A stretch of 25,018 nt of DNA from a virus (taxonomy: Duplodnaviria; Caudoviricetes), in the IMG/VR virus record IMGVR_UViG_3300005581_000121, positions 1-25,018 of that record, one strand, 5' to 3'. Position numbers and translations under genes: made by a program. Below, in pieces: positions 19,401 through 25,018 of the stretch; position 1 is the stretch's first letter; every line of letters begins with the position of its first letter. The notes below the pieces were generated by a model, which was given only the letters and a program-made list of their open reading frames with translations, did not search any database and had not been told where the DNA came from.

Positions 19401-20466
19401 ATTTCCAACGCTTATAAATTTTGGACCTGCTCCATCAATTGCTACAGTCATAACATTTGGGCCAGCTCCATCAATTGCTACGCTTATAAATTTTGGACCA
19501 CCGCCATCATTCCCGACGCTTATAAATTTTGGACCTGCTCCATCGTTGCCGACGCTTATAAATTTTGGGCCATTCCCAACATTCCCAACGACAATTGATT
19601 TTGGGCCATTCCCAACATTCTCTCAGATTGAATTTGGGCCATTCCCAACATTCTCTCAGATTGAATTTGGGCCATTCCCAACATTCTCTCAGATTGAATT
19701 TGGACCAGCGCCAACATTCTCTCAGATTGAATTTGGGCCAGTGCCAACATTCTCCAAAATTGAATTTGGGCCAGTACCAACATTCTCCAAAATTGAATTT
19801 GGACCAACACCAACGGTCAGCGTAAATTGGGGTACAACACCAACTCTAAGCTGTGTGATTAAATTAGAATGCCCAACTAGCGGCACGCCAATGGCTGCCC
19901 TTGACGCAGATCCATATGCCGACCCAAACATAGATATTGATCTCGGAGATATTGGAATACCAAGCATCATCAAAGTCATAGCTCCAGTAATTCCAGACAT
20001 AAAAATTCTCCATGATATTCCAGGAATCATCAAAGTTGAATCAATAAAGATTCCATCAATCATCAAAATGATATCAGATCTTTATATCCCAAGCGAAATA
20101 AGAATTAGGTCTGAAGATATACCAAGCGAGATTAAGGTAATTTCATACAATTTGCCAAGTGTAATATCAATTGATGCGTCAAACATGCCGAATTTTATAA
20201 GGCTTGAAGTGCCAAACGATTTTCCAAGAACAATCAGAATAGACGCAAGCCAAATACCAGACAAGATACAAGTTGTTGGCATACCACCACAAATCGAGTT
20301 GGTAGGATCCATACCAAGTGAGATCAGACTTGTTATGCCAGATAAGCCCGAAATTGAAATGGTTTACAAGGGATCTCCAATTGATGTCAAGATACAGCTT
20401 GACATAAGTAAGCTAAATGGAGACAGCCAAAAAGGCCAATGCGTGGCTATAGTGCCATGCGAGTGA
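16408..20466 (+). CDS. Giant FGP-repeat protein (putative fibre), AEHHN paralogue 3
   Basis: 1352 aa: shared N-terminal module, PKD-like IDFGDG..THTY, about 71 FGP repeats, degenerate IPxxI repeats at the C-terminus. Confidence 0.85.
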   Translation: MSSNFPSIPVYPKQYDTDRTLYLVYNTSETITTVDNHPWEATIDIVPVGSSACEIWSENGFANINGELFYYAGVSKNNYGKINQLINCVRNLGGTKTKFNKVGSEVRGFVVAEHHNQIADAILKIENFVGYNFTPDKTTLDWRIRNLAELEVIFDDFTCPDITFFYNVVSQSPTAGTIINYNIEIVGNYKNFRIDFGDGEFTTTSLSGTHTYAANTTIDPVVQISTDKCTIVQSPYERTIATQPVIQIANAPLEILIPNIPDIPTLDFPNPIIPTINIQPPPIVFPCLDIGPLGPLSIPSIIIVDPPLPTVIIFDPLPNFCSIISFGPLPPLPTMITFGPPPPLPSIVFPDFPTFPTMIDFGPFPVCSLINFGPIICPTLIEFGPVSFPTVIVFGPFSFPTVIVFGPLPNFCSIISFGPLPVLPTMVTFGPLPTFPTIIDFGPFPVCSLINFGPIICPTLIEFGPISFPTIISFGPLSFPTIISFGPLPNFCSLIGFGPVTLPTIISFGPLPNFCSLIGFGPVTLPTIISFGPTSLPSVIVFGPPPTFPTIIDFGPFPVCSLINFGPIICPTLIVFGPVSFPSTIVFGPASFPTLIVFGPVSFPSVIVFGPLPNFCSLIQFGPAPLPSTIVFGPSNLPSTIVFGPSSLPSVIGFGPSKIPTMIDFGPFPVCTLINFGPLNCPTFIVFGPVSFPSTIVFGPVSFPTLIVFGPTSFPSVIVFGPMPNFCSTIQFGPSNIPSTIGFGPSNLPSTIGFGPSNLPSTIGFGPSKIPTMIGFGPFPVCTLINFGPLNCPTLIVFGPVSFPSVIVFGPVSFPSVIVFGPMPNFCSTIQFGPSNIPSTITFGPSNISSTITFGPSSLPSVIGFGPSKIPTMIGFGPFPVCTLINFGPLNCPTLIVFGPISIPTLINFGPAPSFPTLITFGPPPSIPTLINFGPAPSIATLITFGPAPSFPTLINFGPAPSFATVITFGPAPSIATIINFGPPPSFPTLINFGPAPSFPTLINFGPAPSIATVITFGPAPSIATLINFGPPPSFPTLINFGPAPSLPTLINFGPFPTFPTTIDFGPFPTFSQIEFGPFPTFSQIEFGPFPTFSQIEFGPAPTFSQIEFGPVPTFSKIEFGPVPTFSKIEFGPTPTVSVNWGTTPTLSCVIKLECPTSGTPMAALDADPYADPNIDIDLGDIGIPSIIKVIAPVIPDIKILHDIPGIIKVESIKIPSIIKMISDLYIPSEIRIRSEDIPSEIKVISYNLPSVISIDASNMPNFIRLEVPNDFPRTIRIDASQIPDKIQVVGIPPQIELVGSIPSEIRLVMPDKPEIEMVYKGSPIDVKIQLDISKLNGDSQKGQCVAIVPCE
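17383..19806 (+). repeat. Coding tandem repeat array, 33/36-nt units centred on TTYGGNCCN (Phe-Gly-Pro)
   Basis: About 71 FGP units by manual count, with in-frame unit lengths of 11 or 12 codons. Includes an exact 69-bp duplication (17860-17997) and three exact 33-bp copies (19600-19698). Confidence 0.95.
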
Positions 20467-20489
20467 GATTGAGGAAACTATATTAAAGC

Positions 20490-21347
20490 ATGCAAAACCA
20501 AATTAAAAGAATTAAGACATATCCTGATAACAACCAATACACTAAGACCAACCATGGCATGTGGGTGCGCAACTTTGTCAATATCCATGCGCCGGCCAAA
20601 GATATCAATTCAACATACAGCAGACAAGAAGTACAAACATTTCTTGCAAATGAAGTACAAAATAGCAATCAAAGATTGACATGGCTTGAAAATGAAAATT
20701 TTCAACACCAAACCATTGTGATAGTATCTGATGGTTATGACTTCTCTAAGAAACAACATCTTTTGTCAATGATTCCAAAAGATGTTGGAATCATCGGCGT
20801 TCTTGGATCCTTGCAGAAATGGAATGTTCCTGGTCGAATCATGGACTACTATCTTGTTAACAATCCATTTCAGCAGTGCATGAAGTACCTCAACAAGAGA
20901 ATAAGAGCACTTCCAAAATGCATAGCATCATTGCGTGCAAACCCATACTTCTTACACGCATACAAGGGTCAAGTTTTCAAATATATGCCAGTCCACGAAT
21001 CGCTTTACACATCAAAATTCTCTAATGATACTAGGCAACACATAGATGATTATAGGAACCCAATATGCGCAGCCATACATTGCGCCTACATATTTGGTGC
21101 ATCTAAAATTGTTCTTTTCTGCTGTGATGATAGTTTTGCTGGGGAAAGACCAGGATCCGAAAAGCTTGAAAACGGACTTTATCAGTACCCACAACAAAAC
21201 ATAGCTCACGACCTCATAGACACCAAGCTGTTTTGGTTACACAATGAAGAGTACAGCATTACAGAAGCATTTCACCACGATAGTGGAGCAAGTTTTGATA
21301 ATGCCACATATATAAGTGAAGAAGAACTACCAGAAATATTCAAATAG
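20490..21347 (+). CDS. Maf / DUF115 (MptE-like, sialyltransferase-like fold) protein, divergent
   Basis: TIVIVSDGYDF (cf. the IIxGxGPSL motif), MDYYLVNNP, and CAAIHCAYIFGASKIVLFCCDDSF (cf. A..lA..lG.k.I.L.G.D). Confidence 0.55.
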   Translation: MQNQIKRIKTYPDNNQYTKTNHGMWVRNFVNIHAPAKDINSTYSRQEVQTFLANEVQNSNQRLTWLENENFQHQTIVIVSDGYDFSKKQHLLSMIPKDVGIIGVLGSLQKWNVPGRIMDYYLVNNPFQQCMKYLNKRIRALPKCIASLRANPYFLHAYKGQVFKYMPVHESLYTSKFSNDTRQHIDDYRNPICAAIHCAYIFGASKIVLFCCDDSFAGERPGSEKLENGLYQYPQQNIAHDLIDTKLFWLHNEEYSITEAFHHDSGASFDNATYISEEELPEIFK

Positions 21348-21353
21348 GGAAAA

Positions 21354-21647
21354 ATGAACGACCCATTCAATTACTTTAATCTATCCGACTTCAAAAAGTG
21401 GATCAACAATCACCATGATACAAAAAATTACGAAGATGAATTCATAGGATGCCATGTTAAAGCAAGACCTGGGATTGAAAACCTTGATGAAAAAATACAA
21501 ATTGAATATGGTGATGATTCAGAAATATTAAGACAATTTTTAAAAGTTGGTGGCACGGTACTAGAGCGTGACGGAAACAAATTCTTGGTTGATGTTGATG
21601 CCGGATCATTTGTATGTCACAAAAGATTTCTAAAAAAAATTAGTTGA
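21354..21647 (+). CDS. Hypothetical protein (97 aa)
   Basis: AGGGA upstream, directly follows the Maf-like gene, protein-like composition. Confidence 0.7.
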   Translation: MNDPFNYFNLSDFKKWINNHHDTKNYEDEFIGCHVKARPGIENLDEKIQIEYGDDSEILRQFLKVGGTVLERDGNKFLVDVDAGSFVCHKRFLKKIS

Positions 21648-22008
21648 TCTTCCTTATCATAGTCGCCGCTTGAGGTATGTTCGTTGTGTTTATTTCAGGC
21701 GCTGATATAGATGACATACTTCCATAAAGCTGCACATTGGCAACTGGTATGTTTGTGTAACCACGAAGCTTAAGAGTCTGACGCAAGCTTGCGAAATCAT
21801 CAGCAGACTCAATCCATGGTTCGTATAAAAACCTATTTTCATAGATGATGCCTTGTATCACATCATAGTATTCGGCTGGCATATTGATCTCGGAAAGATT
21901 TTTTATTCTAGTGGCAAGAATCTTTTTTCCCTTAAATTGACTCACCAACTTTATCCCATCTTTATCACGCTTTCCAAGGTAAATCCACACGGTATAATTA
22001 CTTGCCAT
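21640..22008 (-). CDS. Hypothetical protein (122 aa)
   Basis: Strong AAGGAG SD on the minus strand (22015-22020). Convergent 8-nt overlap with the previous gene. Confidence 0.75.
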   Translation of the reverse strand: MASNYTVWIYLGKRDKDGIKLVSQFKGKKILATRIKNLSEINMPAEYYDVIQGIIYENRFLYEPWIESADDFASLRQTLKLRGYTNIPVANVQLYGSMSSISAPEINTTNIPQAATMIRKIN

Positions 22009-22150
22009 TTTTATCTCCTTTATTTCGCATCAGCTCTTCAAATAGAACCTCAATCAAGATTCTCTTATAAATGTCGTCATCTCCTAATTGAGTGGAGAAG
22101 ACAGCAAAAGCTTCCAATGCAACATTTACCTTTTCGGTACTTTCTTCCAT
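21998..22150 (-). CDS. Small hypothetical protein (50 aa, not in ORF track)
   Basis: MEESTEKVNVALEAFAVFSTQLGDDDIYKRILIEVLFEELMRNKGDKNGK*. Helical composition, and its end overlaps the start of the next minus-strand gene in the style seen throughout the window. Confidence 0.5.
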   Translation of the reverse strand: MEESTEKVNVALEAFAVFSTQLGDDDIYKRILIEVLFEELMRNKGDKNGK

Positions 22151-22754
22151 GTTTACGCCTTTCAATAATTTTCTTCAAGTCAAATATAAGTATTGCATAA
22201 GCTATTTTGGAAATAGCAATGAATACATTGAGCTTCTACGATTGCTAAGGCCATTCATCGAAAACCAATTCCATGGCATACAAGTACACTTGGCTTGCAA
22301 GAATGAAGCGTATTATCTATTAGAGGACGAGCCAAGAGTGTGTAGTAAAAAAACATTCAACAAAACTGACTACTGCTATGTCCGAGATCTTATTTTTGAC
22401 AATGCAACACACCCTGTGCAAATAATCATGGAAGAATCTAAAATTAGAATTCCGGTTCTTTGTGGATCTGCAAGTAAACCAACAAACAATGTTTTTGTTT
22501 ACACATTTGGAAATGCTCCAACAAGAACTCTGAATGCCGAAGAAACTTGCCATTTGATAAAAAACATCCAATCAAGCGGAAGAAACTGTCGCTTGAACGA
22601 ACCATGGGATGGTGTCTCAAGCGTGGTTTCAGTTGAAGGCGAACAATTGATCAAGGCGGCAATGGCCGGAATTGACTGTACGCTTTTGGATAGTGGGGTT
22701 GGAACAGGATTTTACAAGAAGATATTTCCATGCATGAGAGTCCTTTCTCCATAA
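22149..22754 (+). CDS. Degenerate GT-B / GT9-like protein
   Basis: Start probably ATG 22149 rather than GTG 22092. LRPFIENQFHGIQVHLACKNE and VVSVEGEQLIKAAMAGIDCTLL parallel LKRECPECEFTLACLPE and MITVDTAAFHLAGGLRKPLCGI of the GT9 at 23484. Confidence 0.5.
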   Translation: MFTPFNNFLQVKYKYCISYFGNSNEYIELLRLLRPFIENQFHGIQVHLACKNEAYYLLEDEPRVCSKKTFNKTDYCYVRDLIFDNATHPVQIIMEESKIRIPVLCGSASKPTNNVFVYTFGNAPTRTLNAEETCHLIKNIQSSGRNCRLNEPWDGVSSVVSVEGEQLIKAAMAGIDCTLLDSGVGTGFYKKIFPCMRVLSP

Positions 22755-22804
22755 TTGGTGAAAAAATGTAACAAGGAAAAAATGAAGATGTTGGCAGAAT
22801 CATA

Positions 22805-22812
22805 TATAAATC
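22805..22812 (+). promoter_or_regulatory. Candidate late-type promoter element TATAAATC
   Basis: 7/8 match to the T4 late promoter TATAAATA, in an intergenic gap about 30 nt upstream of a gene with strong SD and terminator. Confidence 0.3.
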
Positions 22813-22843
22813 GTCAATGGGCTCTTAACAACACAGGAGAAAC

Positions 22844-23422
22844 ATGAGCGAATTCAGAGTTAAACTAAATAATAGCAAGCAGGGAACACTGGATGTAAAC
22901 CCCTCCACGCAATCTCAATTCTCTACTTCTGTTCAAAGAACTATCTTTGTTCAAGGGCCTGGGAGAAAATACCGAAAATTATTTGATGGAGAAACATTTG
23001 TTGATTGCAATTACTGGAAAAAATTTGCATATCCCCAAGTTGATCAAGAACAAGCTTTTATCGAAGTGGTTTCTGATGATGGCTCTATCTACAGCGATGT
23101 ATCATCCGAAAACAACTATCCTAAAGTTTACAACCTTATTGTCGAACAAGGCACAGATTATGACGACAATACTGTAGACATAGCTGGAGACACAGAAAGC
23201 TATGCAAACTTTGTCCAAATTACAAATCAAGGTCCAAGCTCGGTGCGTGTAAGATTAAATGGAATAGCAGGTGCGACATTCGAACTTGGAGGATCTGAAA
23301 CCCAAGTGTTCAATGCTGGCGACTTACTTGTGACCAAATTGGCTTTCATCAACAATGTTTCTGGTGGAAGTGCATCGGACATCCAAGTCTTATGCTCCAT
23401 TAAAAACAACTGCTTGAGCTAA
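22844..23422 (+). CDS. Hypothetical protein (192 aa), beta-rich C-terminal domain, possibly virion decoration
   Basis: AGGAGA SD, followed by a terminator. C-terminal QITNQGPSSVRVRLNG...FELGGSETQVF beta-strand pattern. Confidence 0.7.
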   Translation: MSEFRVKLNNSKQGTLDVNPSTQSQFSTSVQRTIFVQGPGRKYRKLFDGETFVDCNYWKKFAYPQVDQEQAFIEVVSDDGSIYSDVSSENNYPKVYNLIVEQGTDYDDNTVDIAGDTESYANFVQITNQGPSSVRVRLNGIAGATFELGGSETQVFNAGDLLVTKLAFINNVSGGSASDIQVLCSIKNNCLS

Positions 23423-23438
23423 TATTTGTCTTATAATT

Positions 23439-23478
23439 AGATGCCGCCAATTTAAAATTGGTGGCATCTTTCTTTTTT
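23439..23478 (+). terminator. Rho-independent terminator
   Basis: AGATGCCGCCAATT-TAA-AATTGGTGGCATCT forms a 14-bp stem (one G.U pair) followed by TTCTTTTTT. Confidence 0.8.
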
Positions 23479-23483
23479 AAAGC

Positions 23484-24452
23484 ATGGCTGAACTACTAAC
23501 CAAAAACTACAAAAAGAAAACTCTGACCATTAAAGAATTTTATGAAAGAAAAAATAAAGTTCTTATTTGGCATGATAAGGGTGGTCTTGGCGATGTTTTT
23601 ATGCAACGCATGATATTTGATGATCTAAAGCGTGAGTGTCCCGAATGTGAGTTTACGCTTGCTTGCCTTCCAGAATATAGAGATGCGGCAATAGATCATC
23701 CATATATCCATGATGTTGTGGATTCAAGAACTGTTAACCACGAAGATTATATCTGTGTGTTAAATACTTGCGTTACGATAGCGGATCGCTATGAACACCA
23801 CAAGGCTCCAAACTATGACGATCATAGGAGTGACATATGGGCGAGATACTGTGGTCTTAACCTAACAAGCCATGATATGCACTTTGTTATAGACCAAGAT
23901 CGCAAAAGATCAGTAATGTCAAGAATTCAATCATTGAAAAAAAACTCGGGTGCGCTTATTGGTTTCGCCCCAACTTCAAAGATAGCAACAAAAAGTTTAC
24001 AAGAAAATCAGATTGGTTGGATTGCAAATAAATTAAACGAACACAATCTCATAGCATTCCACAAAGATGAGCTTTCATCATGCAAAAGACATGGAATACA
24101 GACATTAAGCGGTCTAGGTCTACAAGATTTTATATGTTATGTTGACTGCATGGATTACATGATAACGGTCGATACCGCAGCCTTTCATCTCGCTGGGGGT
24201 CTTCGAAAGCCTTTATGTGGTATATTTACCTTTGCTGATGGAAAGGTTTATGGAAAGCATTATGATTTCACGCTTATACAAAAACATAGAGACAATGGGA
24301 ACTGGGAATGTGGACCATGTTTCAAGTTTGGTAACTGTATTAAGTCAAGAAAACAGCTCAAACCATGCCTAACAGAGATCACTGAAACGGAGATAATATC
24401 TGGAATAGATGAAATGTTCAAGAAGTGGCCGTTCAAATCTGAAAAAACATAA
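23484..24452 (+). CDS. Glycosyltransferase family 9 (heptosyltransferase-like) with C-terminal 4-Cys motif
   Basis: GGLGDVF, DHPYI, ITVDTAAFHLAGGLRKP motifs; C-terminal CGPCFKFGNCIKSRKQLKPCLTEI. Confidence 0.85.
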   Translation: MAELLTKNYKKKTLTIKEFYERKNKVLIWHDKGGLGDVFMQRMIFDDLKRECPECEFTLACLPEYRDAAIDHPYIHDVVDSRTVNHEDYICVLNTCVTIADRYEHHKAPNYDDHRSDIWARYCGLNLTSHDMHFVIDQDRKRSVMSRIQSLKKNSGALIGFAPTSKIATKSLQENQIGWIANKLNEHNLIAFHKDELSSCKRHGIQTLSGLGLQDFICYVDCMDYMITVDTAAFHLAGGLRKPLCGIFTFADGKVYGKHYDFTLIQKHRDNGNWECGPCFKFGNCIKSRKQLKPCLTEITETEIISGIDEMFKKWPFKSEKT

Positions 24453-24477
24453 ACTATATTAGATGTAAGAGGTTACA

Positions 24478-24705
24478 TTGGCTCAACTTATAAAAGCAAG
24501 TGATGTGAAGGTCGTAACGAAAGATGGCGAATGCAAGCTATCGATTAGTATAGACTTAAACATAAATCTTAATACACTGGGCGTTTCTGTGGGAACGCAA
24601 GCCACTAACAAGGTGGAATCCCAAGAAGCTAAAAAAGAGGCAACAGCTTGGGAAATACCAGACTTCGCTCAACAGCCAAAATTAAACTTCGGTAAGAAAG
24701 CATAG
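24478..24705 (+). CDS. Hypothetical protein (75 aa), TTG start
   Basis: GAGG SD at 24469-24472, immediately upstream of the actin-like gene. Confidence 0.65.
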   Translation: MAQLIKASDVKVVTKDGECKLSISIDLNINLNTLGVSVGTQATNKVESQEAKKEATAWEIPDFAQQPKLNFGKKA

Positions 24706-24718
24706 AAAAGGAGAAAAA

Positions 24719-25018
24719 ATGGCTATAGGTTTTGATGTTGGCACTTACAATCTCGTATGCTGCCGTAGGGATGATAAAGGGGACTTCTTGAACAAGCGTG
24801 AAATTAACGCCTTTATTGAGCTTCCCTTGGAAAATAGATTTGTCTTTGAAATGATGAAGAATGCAGGCGTCCCGCTCATTGAGCGTGATAATGTCGCATA
24901 TGCCCTTGGTGAAGCGGCAGTAAACATGGCTTACACCATTAGCCAGCTTGAATTGAAGAGGCCAATGTCTGGCGGTTGTGTAAACCCGAAGGAAAAAGAT
25001 GCCTTCCAAATTTTGAAT
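24719..25018 (+). CDS. Actin-like ATPase (MreB/MamK/FtsA superfamily), N-terminal 100 aa, truncated by window end (not in ORF track)
   Basis: MAIGFDVGTYNLV (phosphate-1 DxGT)...YALGEAAVNMA...ELKRPMSGGCV (cf. MreB IRPMKDGVI). AAGGAG SD upstream; frame open to the window end. Confidence 0.8.
   Translation, partial: MAIGFDVGTYNLVCCRRDDKGDFLNKREINAFIELPLENRFVFEMMKNAGVPLIERDNVAYALGEAAVNMAYTISQLELKRPMSGGCVNPKEKDAFQILN

Noticed and set aside
17145-19451. 768-aa minus-strand ORF with GPK/GPN repeats
   Set aside because: Shadow of the FGP array. In this frame a stop needs a plus-strand Tyr codon after a pyrimidine, or a His/Gln codon after T. The array has no Tyr or His, and the frame closes at the TCT-CAG (Ser-Gln) near 19623. 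Gly-Pro codons (GGNCC) are self-complementary, which explains GP on both strands.
17383-19806. CRISPR-like periodicity (33-36 nt)
   Set aside because: The conserved core is only about 9 nt with wobble-position variation, the units are in-frame codon multiples inside a long ORF, and the intervening sequences resemble each other. No cas genes are in the window.
17383-19806. Collagen-like fibre
   Set aside because: Gly occurs every 11-12 residues, not every third residue.
16408-20466. FG-nucleoporin-like protein for a phage nucleus (tempting alongside SET and actin)
   Set aside because: FG-nup spacers are hydrophilic and irregular, whereas these are hydrophobic and strictly periodic. The protein is a paralogue of neighbouring PKD structural proteins in a tail cluster.
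21853-22200. 115-aa plus-strand ORF and the other short overlapping ORFs in the track
   Set aside because: They overlap better-supported genes, lack SD sites and have atypical composition.
24629-25009. Minus-strand 126-aa and 60-aa ORFs at the right edge
   Set aside because: Antisense to the actin-like gene, which has clear motifs and an SD.
1-25018. Stop-codon reassignment, tRNAs, introns, inteins, diversity-generating retroelement
   Set aside because: Long ORFs tile the window under the standard code. No cloverleaf, splice or intein motifs, reverse transcriptase or adenine-specific TR/VR pair was seen by eye. tRNAscan/Infernal were not run.

Overview
AT-rich, densely packed segment, mostly on the + strand, with standard code (TAA, TAG and TGA all end long ORFs) and frequent AGGAG/GAGG Shine-Dalgarno sites. 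It is best read as the tail/baseplate region of a large contractile-tailed (jumbo myovirus-like) phage. An eCIS-like locus cannot be excluded from this window alone. Positions 1-9438 carry a canonical baseplate order: end of a LysM/gp53-like gene, gp27-like hub, gp5/VgrG-like spike, gp25-like wedge, gp6/baseplate J, gp7/P2 gpI-like protein, and a DUF3751-like fibre attachment protein. Next come a SET-domain protein with an unannotated Lys-rich micro-ORF, a degenerate GT-A-like protein and an antisense nucleoside 2-deoxyribosyltransferase-like gene. Three tandem paralogous PKD-domain proteins then share an N-terminal module ending in V[MV]AEHHN. The third (1352 aa) carries about 71 hierarchically organised 11-12 aa FGP repeats, with a Ser/Thr in nearly every unit and periodic Cys. 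Downstream lie a Maf/DUF115-like protein, a degenerate GT9-like protein, an intact GT9 glycosyltransferase with a 4-Cys motif, and, at the right edge, a truncated MreB/MamK-like actin homologue missed by the ORF track. The most interesting candidate system is a phage-encoded, length-variable repeat fibre together with its own glycosylation (and possibly lysine-methylation) enzymes. All family calls come from visual motif recognition, not database searches.
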